Below, piece after piece: positions 31,496 to 45,200 of a DNA stretch of 64,000 nt. Both the position numbers and the translations under genes were made by a program. The notes beneath the pieces were generated by a model. The model had not been told where the DNA came from. It worked only from the letters and a program-made list of their open reading frames with translations, and ran no database searches. The DNA comes from Malacoraja senta. Taxonomy: Eukaryota. The stretch is from NCBI GenBank assembly GCA_038087875.1, contig JAXLNO010000618.1, forward strand, positions 124,001-188,000. The letters are read 5' to 3'. Position 1 is the first letter of the stretch. Each line of letters begins with the position of its first letter.

Positions 31496-31820
31496 CCGAT
31501 GTTGGGTGAGTCCAGAACCAGGGGCCACTGTTTAAGAATAAGGGGTAAGCCATTTAGAACGGAGACGATGAAACACTTTTTCTCACAGAGAATTGTGAAT
31601 CTGTGGAATTCTCTGCCTCAGAGGGCGGTGGAGGCAGGTTCACTGGATGCTTTCAAGAGAGAGCAAGATAGGACTCTTAAAGATAGCAGATTCAGGGCAT
31701 ATCGGGAGAAGGCAGGAATGGGGTACTGATTGGGAATGATCAGCCATGATCACATTGAATGGCGGTGCTGGATCGAAGGGCCGAATGGCCTACTCCAGCA
31801 CCTATTGTCTATTGTCTATT
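31496..31820 (+). mobile_element. CR1 3' fragment
   Basis: ccgatgttgggtgagtccagaacc...cctattgtctattgtctattg. Confidence 0.85.
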
Positions 31821-31829
31821 GTAGGCTAA

Positions 31830-32640
31830 CAAAGTAGTCGAAGTGTTTACAATACATTCGGCATTTCTGATCTGTTTAAATTCGGATAATGACATGATGA
31901 TGCATTTGGTTCCAGTGTCGATCTTTGCAACAGTAATGGTGTTGACATGAAGTGAAACTTCAGGGTTGAGTTGCTTGTTAGTGGAAGCAACCAAGGAGTT
32001 TATGTTATGGCTGCTATCTTCATGCTCAGTGAGTAGAGCTGGAGGTGGCGCTGCTAGCTCTTGGTACTTACTATCAGCAGTTTCATGTTTTAACCAGTGT
32101 ACAGACTACCTTGGGAGTGATCGGATTCCACGAGTACTGCAACATTTTGAGAAATTATTTCTTCATTTGCAAAAATGGCATATTTTTCCGAGAGCAAAGC
32201 AAAGTTTGCGATCTGCAGGGTGGGAGCCGCTACAGTTACAACACTTTCCAATAATCTTTGAGATTGTCGAGATGATGTGTGGGGTTGTGAGCGCTATTTA
32301 CGGTAGGAAGTGTCGATAGCATCGACATGGTATGAGGAATGCGGTCCAGGTCCCAATGACCTGGTGTGAGAGGTCATGATCTCATTAATACGACAAGCAT
32401 GTTCAGCTCGGGCAAGTTTCAGTTCAGTATCACAAAGTAATTCATCGCATACTTTATCACTGAGAATTCCACCCATAGGCTATGGACCGAGCATCAAAAA
32501 TGTGTCTAGAAATCCATTTTCGTGACCCACGTCACGGAACAACATGAAATTTTCCACAGATTTAGATGAAATATAATTGAGAAGGAACTCATAACTCGTC
32601 ATTCCCAAAAGTTGCACATTAATTAATTAAACTAACTAGA
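31830..32640 (-). mobile_element. Degraded Gypsy-type gag-protease fragment
   Basis: Minus strand gives ELLCDTELKLARAEHACRINE (gag-like), CCNCSGSH...CHFCK*RNNFSKCC (zinc knuckles) and AKIDTGTKC (protease-like DTG). Confidence 0.65.
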
Positions 32641-32642
32641 AA

Positions 32643-32787
32643 NNNNNNNNNNNNNNNNNNNNNNNNNNNNNNNNNNNNNNNNNNNNNNNNNNNNNNNNNN
32701 NNNNNNNNNNNNNNNNNNNNNNNNNNNNNNNNNNNNNNNNNNNNNNNNNNNNNNNNNNNNNNNNNNNNNNNNNNNNNNNNNNNNNNN
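32643..32787. other. Assembly gap (145 N)
   Basis: Run of N. Confidence 1.
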
Positions 32788-33084
32788 ATCATATATAATT
32801 AAGTATAATTATATCATAAAAAATAATATGATGAATATAATTGTGAGTGTTTTTTTAATGACACTGTCGCAGAGGTCCTGCTCCTGAACCAGCCTAATTA
32901 ATGGGTGAGGACAGTTCTTGTGGGTTCCTCCCTTTACTGAACCCCACTGACTGCCAATTTGCAGAGTGGGGGTCACGGCCATAGTGGGACAGGGGCAGTT
33001 CCAGGCTGGGGGACAGCCCTTCAAGGCATCTTCCAGTTGTTTTAATAGGAACTTTAATGAGACTGCAGCAGAGGTCCCAGGTTT

Positions 33085-34750
33085 TTTTTATTTTATTTTA
33101 TTATTTTTTTAAATTATTTTTATTAGAAGTACGGTAAATTACAGTAATACACAACACTTATATCTTAATACATTTTTTATACCGCTTCATTTTTTTGAGC
33201 TTTAAGAGAAAGATAGAAGTAAGAAAAGTAAAGAAAGTGCGCAAGAGTCGTGAGGTGCAAGAGAGTGTTGTGAAAAGAAAGCCCCTTAGAAAAGAAGTTA
33301 GAGAAGGAAGTAAAGTAAGAAAGTAGATCCTAGAAAAGAAAGAAAAAGAAAGTAGGAACAATCGCAGAAAGGGAACCACCAACCAAGTCTGTTTTTGTTG
33401 TTTTACCTCCCATTACCAGGTCCTGATACCATTTCTTTATTTATTTATTTTTTAAATTACTATTGCACCTCATGCTTGTAATAGGTCCAAAAACGTAGAC
33501 CACGTCTTTTGGAATTGGTCTGCTTTCCCTGCTAAGAGGAATCTCATCTCTTCCAGATGTAATGTTTCCAACATATTTGATGTCCACATTTTTATTGTTG
33601 GTGTGGGCGCATTTTTCCAGAATTTAAGTATGAGCCTTTTTCCCATTATTAGCCCGTAATTGAATAAGTTCTTCTGATACACGTTTAATTCAGGGATACC
33701 TTCCGATATTCCAAAAATGATCCATTCTGGTTTTGGTACCAGTTTTATTTTAATTAATTTTGAGAAAATATCAAATATTTCATGCCAAAAATTTTAGATT
33801 TTTGTACACAAAACAAAAGAATGCGCTATGGTAGCTTCTTGACATAGACATTTATCACAGATTGGTGAAACATTAGGAAAGATTTTATTTTATTTAGTTT
33901 TTGAATAATATAGTCTATGTAATGTTTTGAATTGGATGAGCGTATGTCGTACGTTGATCGAACATTTATGCACCTGTAGTAAGTGGTTATCCCAGCTCTC
34001 TTTTGAAATTTTTATAGCTAATTCTTGTTCCCAGTCTCTTCTAATTCCTTCTGTTGTGGGTATTTCTATGTTTAAAATGATATTATATAAGTACGATATT
34101 AGATTAGCTGATTCCGCCTTTGTCTTCATTGCTTCATCTAGTAAGTCGGAAGGCATATTATGATAGTCTTTTGTGTATTTTTTCAGGTAATCACGAATTT
34201 GTAGATATTTAAAATATTGATTATTTTTCAGATTATATTTCAGTTGTAGTTGTTGAAATGATAGTAATTTTCCCAATTCATACAGATCTTCGAGCGTTTT
34301 GATTCCCATTCTTTCCCATTGTATAAATGATTTGTCTATGGTTGAAGGTTTAAACGATGGGTTATTAACTATTGGTATTGAGAGAGATAGGTTTCTTAAT
34401 TTTAGATTCTGTTTTATTTGTTTCCATGTTCTAATTGTGCTATTTATAATTGGGTTCTTATTATAATTTTTATTATTCAAATTTATTGGAGAGAGAATAA
34501 TCGCTCCTATATTACTCGGGGAACAGTCCCCTTTTTCCATTATAATCCAGTCCACCTGCTGGGCAGAATTGTCCAGCAGGTGAATCATATTTTTAATATT
34601 TACTGCCCATTTATAATACATAAAGTTAGGGAGCGCGACACCCCCAACTCTTTTCGTTTATTAAGGTGTGCTCTTTGTATTATATGGGATTTATAATCCC
34701 ATATAAAATTTGTAATGTCTGAGTCCAATTTTTTGAAAAACTTTTCCCCA
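33085..34750 (-). mobile_element. L1-clade LINE 3' part
   Basis: GGVALPN.MYYKWA, QFKTLHRLYYSK and KRLILKFWK...KMWTSNMLETLHLEE motifs; A-rich 3' end near 33085. Confidence 0.85.
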
Positions 34751-35526
34751 GGTTTTAAGGGCTCATGAACCTGCCTAATTAAAGGGTCAGGACAGATCCT
34801 CTGTGTTCCCCCGTTTACTGAACCCCGCTGACTGCCATAGTGGGGAGAGTGGGGGTAACAGCCATAGCGGGATTGGGGCAGTGCCAGGCTGGGTGACAGA
34901 CCTGTAAGAGGCCTGTCTTATTTCTGATGTAAATGCCACATCCTGACCAAGAATCGAATGATCTGATGTTTTACCCCAGACCGGGTTTAATTTGCTCCCC
35001 TGTGGGTTTATAACATTATTTACCTCAGTTTTACCCCAGACCGGGTTTATTCAAGATTCAAGATAGTTTATTGTCGTGTGTCCCAGATTGGACAATGAAA
35101 TTCGTGCTTTGCTTCAGCACAAAAGAATATAGACGCCATGAATACAGAACAGATCAGTGTGTCCATATACCATTGTATAAATATATACACACATGTATAA
35201 ATAAAACAGATAAAGTGCAAATAAACTGAGAATGGGCTATTAATGTTCAGAGTTTTGTTTGAGTTGAGTTCAATATCCTGATGGCTGTGGGGCTGTTTGT
35301 GTATTTTGTTCCCCTGTGTGTTTATAACATTATTTACTGTATTATACTGTATTATAACATTATTTACTGTCACTGTATGTCATGTTGTTACTTGTGGGCG
35401 GAGCACCAATGCAAATTCCTTGTATGTGAATACTTGGCCAATAAACTTACTTTACTTCAGTTTTACCCCAGACAGGGTTTATTTTGTTCCCCTGTGTGTT
35501 TATAACATTATTTACCCCAGCCCAGT

Positions 35527-35722
35527 GACTAAGTGGGTTTTCTCAGAGATCTTCACTTTCCTCCCACACTCCAAAGATGTGCAGGTTTGTAGGTTAATTG
35601 ACTTGGTATAAATGTAACATTGTCCCTAGTGTGTGTAGGATAGTGTTAATGTGCGGGGTTCGCTGGTCGGTGCAGACTCGGTGGGCCAAAGGGCCTGTTT
35701 CCGCGCTATGTCCCTAAATGTG
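35527..35722 (+). mobile_element. SINE 3' half
   Basis: Matches the body and tail of the 15695 SINE. Confidence 0.7.
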
Positions 35723-36659
35723 AAACTTACCATGTCACATGAAGTGTTCTCCACGACACTGCCCCTGATACTGTGCCCTTTACCATGGACATTGAAACCC
35801 TGTGCACAAACAGAAACAGATAGGAGCATGCAGGCAGTTCAAATATCTGGAGAAACACACCATGACAAACCACATACTACTTTAACTGACAAAGAAATAC
35901 TTTGAATTAAATGAGACGTACAAGTAAAGGAACAGTAGTGAAGTTTGGCCCAGTTTATGCAACATTTGGCAGAATGGGGAAGATAGTCTAACCCTGGCAG
36001 ACTCTTCCTGCATCAGAGGACCAAGTCTTTGGAGATCCTGGGTGGAAACTAACACTAATTGGTCACCCCTTTAGAAAGGAGCAGAGAGGAGAGGAAATGG
36101 ATTCTGGCAACAGACACAAACATACTGAACCAAATATAGATTTAGACCAATTCCAAACAAAGCTACAGTTGGGTGAATGGAAGGGGCAAGATTACCTAAT
36201 TGTAATGAGTTAAACACAAGTGTCATGAACATTTAACTACTTTCACTGCAACAGCAGCCAACTAGGATGATTTTAACCAGGGGATGTAACCTGCTCCAAA
36301 ACAAAGTGCTGTTGGCAGATCAGGCACCATCTACCAGACCACAAAGGGAATGGACAGATGCTGTTGTTTCCTGTTGGGACCCTTTCAGACTGATGGAGTC
36401 GGGCAGAGAAAGTGGGAAAGAGGTGGGAGCAGGACAAAGCCTGTTATGTGATTAGTGGATACAGGAGAGGGTGATGGGTTGTGACATTGGCTAGGGGTGA
36501 CAAGGAGACAAAAGGTGCAATGGATGAGAAGAGTGAAACGTAAAGCTGGAGGGAGGGATACGGGTGGAAGGGGATAGAGTGAAATATGAGACTGGTTTGG
36601 GAGGTGAGCATACACAGGGAAGTAGCAGAGTGACCAAGGTGTTGAGGGAATTGTTCACA

Positions 36660-36985
36660 CCAGGGTGGGGGTGTGCAGGGAAAGAGGGGGTTCCCATCAC
36701 CAGTGTGGGGGGTGCAGGGAAAGAGGGGGTTCCCTTCACCAGGATGGGGCTGGTGCAGAAAAAGAAGGGGTTCCCATCACCAGGGTGGGGGGTGCATGGA
36801 AAGAGGGGGTTCCCATCACCAGTGTGGGGGGTGCAGGGAAAGAGGGGGTTCCCATCACCAGGTTGGGGGGTGCAGGGAAAGAGGGGGTTCCCATCACCAG
36901 TGTGGGGGGGGGGTGCAGGGAAAGAGGGGGTTCCCATCACCAAGGTGGGGGGGATTCATGGAAAGAGGGGGTTCCCATCACCAGT
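36660..36985 (+). repeat. About 40-bp G-rich minisatellite, 8 copies
   Basis: Unit gggtgcagggaaagagggggttcccatcaccag(g/t)gtgggg; shorter array at 52135-52270. Confidence 0.9.
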
Positions 36986-37029
36986 ATGCTGATTTCCCAC
37001 CTCTATGCCACATTTCCCTTATATCCTGG

Positions 37030-37612
37030 GTTAGCCTCTACTTCCTGAGAAGATTACGTCAAGGAGGCCTCTCTCTAACTTCTACAGGTGCACAGTAGAG
37101 AACATGCTGACCGGTTGCATCGCGGCTTGGTACAGCAACTGGAGCGCCCTGGAGAGGAAAAGACTACAAAAAGTAGTAAACACTGCCCAGTCCATCATCG
37201 GCTCTGACCTTCCTTCCATCGAGGGGATTTATTGCAGTCGCTGCCTCAAAAAGGCTGCCAGTATCATCAAGGACCCACACCATCCTGGCCACACTCTCAC
37301 CTCCCCGCTACCTTCAGGTAGAAGGTACAGGAGCCTGAAGACTGCAACAACCAGGTTCAGGAATAGCTACTTCCCCACAGCCATCAGGCTATTAAACTTG
37401 GCTCGGACAAAACTCTGAACATTAATAGCCCATTATATGTTATTTGTACTTGATCAGTTTATTTATTCATGTGTGTATATATTTATATAATGGTATATGG
37501 ACACACTGATCTGTTTTGTAGTCAATGCCTACTATGTTCTGTTGTGCTGAAGCAAAGCAAGAATTTCGTTGTCCTATCAGGGACACACGACAATAAACTC
37601 ACTTGAACTTGA
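37030..37612 (+). mobile_element. Rex1/Babar-type 3' fragment
   Basis: ORF 37104-37418 is nearly identical in motif to the C-terminus of ORF 6251-7066. Confidence 0.85.
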
Positions 37613-40166
37613 ACTATCCCCTCCCATGTCCCATTCTCCCATAAACCTCCCTCTGGCTTCATCTTCCACACCCCTACCCTTCTTATCCAACATGTTTTAT
37701 CACTTTCACCTGTGGCCTTTGTTACTTATTCCATCCATCTGCCAATCACCCACCCCCACATGCCAGGCTTTGTCCCACCCCCACTTTCCATCTTTCTCCC
37801 CCCTACTCCAGTCTGTAGGTTTCCAACCCAAAATGCCATCTGTCTATTTCCCCCACAGATGCTGCCTGACCCTCAGAGTTCCTCCAGCACTTCTGCTCAA
37901 CATTCCAGCACCCTGAAATACAAGGAACGTGACCACAAAGCAATTAAGAAAGGACATTGTTAATCTTTCTCAAAGATTTATCCCCATTGAAACCACAAGA
38001 GGATCGCCTCAGCGCAGAGGGAGAGCAAGGAGGGAAGAGATGGACTTTGGGACTTTTTGCCTTCCATCACAGTGAGGAGGTGCCTGGTGGACTCACTGTG
38101 GTGGATGTTAAACTGTGTTGAGTGTGTGTTTTTGTTATTTATTCTATGTTATGACTGCAGGCTAAACCATTTCGTTGCACTGAAAAGTGCAATGACAATA
38201 AATTGAATCAAAAAAAAATCAAAAAAAAATAAACAAAGGCCTTATCTTCATATCATCTCCACAAAGACTAGATTAGATAGACTTGGTTATAACAAAAAAA
38301 CAGATCACTTTAATGATTGAAATCTCCTGACATCCTTGATCACACCCTCTATCACAAGCAGTACTTGGAACAGCAAGTTGACAAAGCCCATCTATCACAA
38401 ACCATAGAAAACTGGGGACATTAGAAGATCTCCAGAGACCTTGGCACATCAACCTTGGTAGAATAACTGTAGTGGGAGAAACAGCAGCAGGTGAGAAAAT
38501 TCTACATTCACCTCAAAATATCAAACACTCGGTGGACAGGGCCTGGAAAAATAACTCTAGGCCCAATGTTTCAAGGTCAGTTTATCGTCACATATACCAA
38601 TTAAGGTTCAGTGAAATTACAATGTGTCTGCAGTAGTGAATCCTACAGGGTAGAAGAATACATTGACTATTTTCATAATCAAACTGGCACAGCAACATGC
38701 CAGCTATATCAAAGAAATACTTCACACAAACAGTGAACTCCCTGAATGAGCTGCCCAATGCTGTAACTCTTACTATGGGCATCAAACGTGACCCCCTGAG
38801 TTACTCCAGCACTCTGTAAAACGTCACCTATCCATGTACCCCACAGATGCTGCCTGACCCGCTGGGTTACTCCAGCACTCTGTGAAACGGCTTCTATCCA
38901 TGTTCCCCACAGATGTTGCCTGACCCGCTGAGTTACTCCAGCACTTTGTGCCTTTTTTTGTAAATCAGCACCTGCAGTTCCTTGATTTTCATCCCAAATC
39001 TTGCCTGGTTTCAGGGTTTTTACTAAATTTGGTATCTGTCCAATGGGTGCATTACGGTGAAAGGTAAAGGGTCACAGAGCAATAGAGAACCATTTTGCAG
39101 TAAAGAACACAATACCTAATTTGTAGACAGCGCTCCCAATGTGCAGTGAATTCACATAACAGGTCGCTCCAATTTGTGGTCAACACTCCCACCGTGTGGA
39201 TTAAGAGCGAATTGCAGAAGCTGGAAAAATCGAAGGTAGACAAAAATGCTGGAGTAACTCAGCGGGTGAGGCAGCATCTATGGAGAGAAGGAATAGGTGA
39301 CGTTTCAGGTCGTGACCCTTCTTCAGACTGAAGTTGGGGTGGGGGTGCGGTAAAAAGGACGGGAAAGGCAGAGACAGTAGGCTGTGGGAGAGCTGGGAAG
39401 GGAAAGGAGGGAGAAACCACTGAAATTGGAGAATGGGAAGATGAGGCCAGTGGTGGGATCCCGTTGGAGGTGGCGAAAATGTCGGAGGATTATCTGTTGT
39501 ATGTGACGGCTGGTAGGGTGGAAGGTGAGGACATGGGGGACTGGGTCCTTGTTACGAGTTACGATGGGGAATAAGAGCAGAGCTGCGCGATATTGAGGAG
39601 ACCATGATAAGAGTGCTGGAGAAACTCAGCAGGTCAGGCATCATCTTTGGAGGAAAAGGATGGGTGATATTTTGGGTAAAAACCCTTCTTCTATTCCTTC
39701 CCAAAATTACTTGTTTGTCCAGAGATGCTGCCTGACCCACTCAGTCACTCCAGCAATTTGTCTATCTTTGGTATAAACCAGCATCTACAGGTCTTGGTTT
39801 CTACATTTTACATCAGCCAGATTCAATTTCAGTTGTGATAAGTTTAGGGTATCATCACTTTAGTAAAGATACATCCTTTTATTCTGACACTGTGCCCTCT
39901 GGTGCGAGACTCTCCCGCTAGTAGAAACATCCTTTTAGTTCGGAGATACAGCACAGAATCAGCACAATTCCAGTTGCACCAGAAAAAAATAATCATTAAA
40001 AACCCTGGACACTTCAAATTACAACAATTGAAAGGAAAAGTCAACAGAATTAATCAAAGAAGCAAACACAATTCCGTAGAGAGCGATAGTGTTCTCACCA
40101 ACGTCATGCCCTGGAGAGATGTTGATCCACATTAGACACAAGGGGAGACTCCCTGTCTCTACCCTG

Positions 40167-41058
40167 AGCACTGCTCCCATCCACAGCCCAGAACCACTGC
40201 TCCCATCCACAGCCCAGGACCACACCTCCCATCCACAGCCCAGGACCACTGCTCCCATCCACAGCCCAGGACCACTGCTCCCATCCACAGCCCAGGCCCA
40301 CTGCTCCGATCCACAGCCCAGGACCACTGCTCCCATCCACAGCCCAGGACCACTGCTCCCATCCACAGCCCAGGACCACTGCTCCCATCCACAGCCCAGG
40401 ACCACTGCTCCCATCCACAGCCCAGGACCACTGCTCCCATCCACAGCCCAGGACCACTGCTCCCATCCACAGCCCAGGACCACTGCTCCCATCCACAGCC
40501 CAGGACGACTGCTCCCATCCACAGCCCAGGACCACTGCTCCGATCCACAGCCCAGGACCACTGCACCCATCCACAACCCAGGACCACTGCTCCCATCCAC
40601 AGCCCAGGACCACTGCTTCCATCCACAGCCCAGGACCACTGCTCCCATCCACAGCCCAGGACGACTGCTCCCATCCACATCCCAGGACCACTGCTCCCAT
40701 CCACAGCCCAGGACCACTGCTCCCATCCACAGCCCAGGACCACTGCTCCCATCCACAGCCCAGGACCACTGCTCCCATCCACAGCCCAGGACCACTGCTC
40801 CCATCCACAGCCCAGGACCACTGCTCCCATCCACAGCCCAGGACCACTGCTCCCATCCACAGCCTAGGACCACTGCTCCCATCCACAGCCCAGGACCACT
40901 GCTCCCATCCACAGCCCAGGACCACTGCTCCCATCCACAGCCCAGGACCACTGCTTCCATCCACAGCCCAGGACCACTGCTCCCATCCATAGCCTAGGAC
41001 CACTGCTCCCATCCACAACCCAGGACCACTGCTCCCATCCACAGCCCAGGACAACTGC
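40167..41058 (+). repeat. 26-bp minisatellite, about 34 copies
   Basis: Unit accactgctcccatccacagcccagg; explains the repetitive ORFs at 40019-41076. Confidence 0.95.
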
Positions 41059-41289
41059 ACTCAGACACTCCCACAACTCCCCCTTTTATACACAGCAGCT
41101 GACAATTTTCTAATCAGCTTCAATCAAGCTGATTACCACATTCACCATTCGCCCACCGGTAGCCAATCAATGTTTGTTGCACACATCATGATATCCACCT
41201 GGGGCAGTGTTTGTCTGCAGGACAATAATTGCCCTCCGACTTGTTGCTTTTTACACAAAGTGGCTGCTTGCATTTCCTTACGTCAGGGA

Positions 41290-41770
41290 CGACACACAGA
41301 AACAGAATTAGGCCATTCGGCCCATCGAGTCTACCCCACCATTCAATCATGGCTGATCTATCTCTCCCTCCTAACCCCATTCTCCTGCCTTCTCCCCATA
41401 ACCCCTGACACCCGCACTCATCAACAATCTATCTATCTCTGCCTTAAATATATCCACTGACTTGTGGCCTCCACCGCCATCTGTGGCAATGAATCCCACA
41501 GATTCACCACCCTCTGGCTAAAGAATTTCCTCCTCATCTCCTTCCTAAAGGAAAGTCCTTTAAATCTGAGGCTGTGCCCTCTGGTCCTAGACTCTCCCAC
41601 TAGTGGAAACATCCTCTCCACATCCACTCTCTCTGGGCCTTTCACTGTTCAGAGAAGTTTCAATGAGGTCCCCCCCCACCTAATCTTCTAAACTCCAGCG
41701 CGTACAGACCCAGCGCCGACAAACGCTCATCGTACGTTCACCCACTCGTTCCTGGGATCGTTCTTGTAAA
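41290..41770 (-). mobile_element. CR1 3' fragment
   Basis: Minus [22 protein letters not shown]...FFSQRVVNLW. Confidence 0.85.
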
Positions 41771-42264
41771 GGCTAACTCTTTTGTCTTGCTGATGTTGAG
41801 GGATGGATTGTTATCCTGACCATAGGTGCAGGAGTGGGCCATTCGGCCATTCACGACAGAAGGTTCTCAATGTCTTTCCCATATTCTATCTCATCGTTGC
41901 TGCTCATGTGGCTGAAATACTGTTCTGACCAGTGGACGGACGTCTGGATCCCACTGGCCTGAGACCCGGCCACAAGTTGTGGGTGGCAAGGTCATGACCC
42001 CGAGGGACATTGGTGTCAAGGGTCACGGTGGAGGGAATGTTCTGACCAATTCTAACGTCTGAGAAGTGAATAGTGATGATTTGTTAATTCATCATGGCTG
42101 AACCAGGTGGGCTCACTTCTGACTAGACTTTACTGTGGACATTTAAACAGGAACAGTAAACTTTCTTTATTAACAATGAATGACCCAGAGAAAGGAGAAT
42201 GTTACTCTTGGAAGTTCATAGTCACAGCATGGAAACAGGCCCTTCCTTCGGCCCAACTTGTCCG

Positions 42265-45200
42265 CCCCGACCAACATACCCCATCTACACTAGTCCCACC
42301 CCGACCAACATGCCCCGTCTACACTAGTCCCACCCCGACCAACACGCCCCATCTACACTAGTCCCACCCCGACCAACATGCCCCATCTACCCTAGTCTCA
42401 CCCCGACCAACATGCCCCATCTACACTAGTCCCACCCTGACCAACATGCCCCATCTACACTAGTCCCACCCCGACCAACATGCCCCAGCTACACTAGTCC
42501 CACCCCGAACAACATGCCCCATCTACACCAGTCCCACCCTGACCAACATGCCCCATCTACACTAGTCCCACCCCGACCAAGATGCCACATGTACACTAGT
42601 CCCACCCCGACCAACATGCCACATGTACACTAGTCCCACCCCGACCAACATGCCCCATCTACACTAGTCCCACCCCGACGAACATGCCCCATCTACACTA
42701 GTCCCTCCCCGACCAACATGCCACATCTACACTAGTCCCAGCCCGACCAACATGCCCCATCTACACTAGTCCCACCCCGACCAACATGCCCCATCTACAC
42801 TAGTCCCACCCCAACCAACATGCCCGATCTACATTAGTCCCACCCAAGACCAACATGCCCCGTATACACAAGTCCCACCCCGACCAACATGCCCCATCTA
42901 CACTAGTCCCACCCGACCAACATGCCCCATCTACACTAGTCCCACCCCGACTAACATGCCCCATCTACACTAGTCCTACCCCGACCAACATGCCCCATCT
43001 ACACTGGTCCCACTCCGACCAACATACCCCATCTACACTAGTCCCACCCCGACCAACATGCCCCATCTACACTAGTCCCACCCCGACCAACATGCCCCAT
43101 CTACACTAGTCCCACCCCGACCAACATGCCCCATCTACACTAGTCCCACCCCGACCAACATGCCCCATCTACACTAGTCCCACCCCGACCAATATAACCC
43201 ATCTACACTAGTCCCACCCAGACCAACATGCCCCATCTACACTAGTCCCACCCCGACCAACATGCCCCATCTACACTAATCCCACCCCGACCAACATGCC
43301 CCATCTACACTAGTCCCACCCCGACCAACATGCCCCATCTACACTAATCCCACCCCGACCAACATGCCCCATCTACACTAGTCCCACCCCGACCAACATG
43401 CCCCAGCTACACTAGTTCCACCCCGAACAACATGCCCCATCTACACCAGTCCCACCCTGACCAACATGCCCCATCTACACTAGTCCCACCCCGACCAAGA
43501 TGCCACATGTACACTACTCCCACCCCGACCAACATGCCACATGTACACTAGTCCCACCCCGACCAACATGCCCCATCTACACTAGTCCCACCCCGACGAA
43601 CATGCCCCATCTACACTAGTCCCACCCCGACCAACATGCCACATCTACCTAGTCCCAGCCCGACCAACATGCCCCATCTACACTAGTCCCACCCCGACCA
43701 ACATGCCCCATCTACACTAGTCCCACCCAACCAACATGCCCGATCTACATTAGTCCCACCCTAGACCAACATGCCCCGTATACACAAGTCCCACCCCGAC
43801 CAACATGCCCCATCTACACTAGTCCCACCCGACCAACATGCCCCATCTACACTAGTCCCACCCCGACTAACATGCCCCATCTACACTAGTCCTACCCCGA
43901 CCAACATGCCCCATCTACACTAGTCCCACTCCGACCAACATGCCCCATCTACACTAGTCCCACCCCCGACCAACATGCCCCATCTACACTAGTCCCACCC
44001 CCGACCAACATGCCCCATCTACACTAGTCCCACCCCGACCAACATGCCCCATCTACACTAGTCCCACCCTGACCAACATGCCCCATCTACACTAGTCCCA
44101 CCCCGACCAATATAACCCATCTAAACTAGACCCACCCCGACCAACATGCCCCATCTACACTAGTCCCACCCCGACCAACATGCCCCATCTACACTAATCC
44201 CACCCCGACCAACATGCCCCATCTACACTAGTGCCACCCCGACCAACATGCCCCATCTACACTAATCCCACCCCGACCAACATGCCCCATCTACACTAGT
44301 CCCACCCCGACTAACATGCCCCATCTACACTAATCCCACCCCGGCCAACATGCCCCATCTACACAAGTCCCACCCCGACCAACATGCCCCATCTACACTG
44401 GTCCCACCCCGACCAACATGCCCCATCTACACTAGTCCCACCCCGACCAACATGCCCCATCTACACTAGTCCCACCCCGACCAACATGCCCCATCTACAC
44501 TAGTCCCACCCTGACCAACATACCCCATCTACACTAGTCCCACCCCGACCAACATGCCCCATCTACACTAGTCCCACCCCGACCAACATGCCCCATCTAC
44601 ACTAGTCCCACCCCGACCAACATGCCCCGTCTACACTAGTCCCACCCCGACCAACACGCCCCATCTACACTAGTCCCACCCCGACCAACATGCCCCATCT
44701 ACCCTAGTCTCACCCCGACCAACATGCCCCATCTACACTAGTCCCACCCTGACCAACATGCCCCATCTACACTAGTCCCACCCCGACCAACATGCCCCAG
44801 CTACACTAGTCCCACCCCGAACAACATGCCCCATCTACACCAGTCCCACCCTGACCAACATGCCCCATCTACACTAGTCCCAGCCCGACCAACATGCCCC
44901 ATCTACACTAGTCCCACCCGGACCAACATGCCCCATCTACACTAGTCCCACCCCAACCAACATGCCCGATCTACATTAGTCCCACCCTAGACCAACATGC
45001 CCCGTATACACAAGTCCCACCCCGACCAACATGCCCCATCTACACTAGTCCCACCCGACCAACATGCCCCATCTACACTAGTCCCACCCCGACTAACATG
45101 CCCCATCTACACTAGTCCTACCCCGACCAACATGCCCCATCTACACTAGTCCCACTCCGACCAACATGCCCCATCTACACTAATCCCACCCCGACCAACA

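Noticed and set aside
36491-37098. Several 127-150 aa Gly-rich ORFs
   Set aside because: Products of the about 40-bp minisatellite.
40019-41076. Mucin-like Pro/Thr-rich and Trp/Gly-rich ORFs
   Set aside because: Pure 26-bp tandem repeat open on both strands; no splice or leader context.
41989-42000. AGGTCATGACCC, near-perfect inverted nuclear-receptor element
   Set aside because: Single motif far from any defined promoter, with no conservation evidence in the window.
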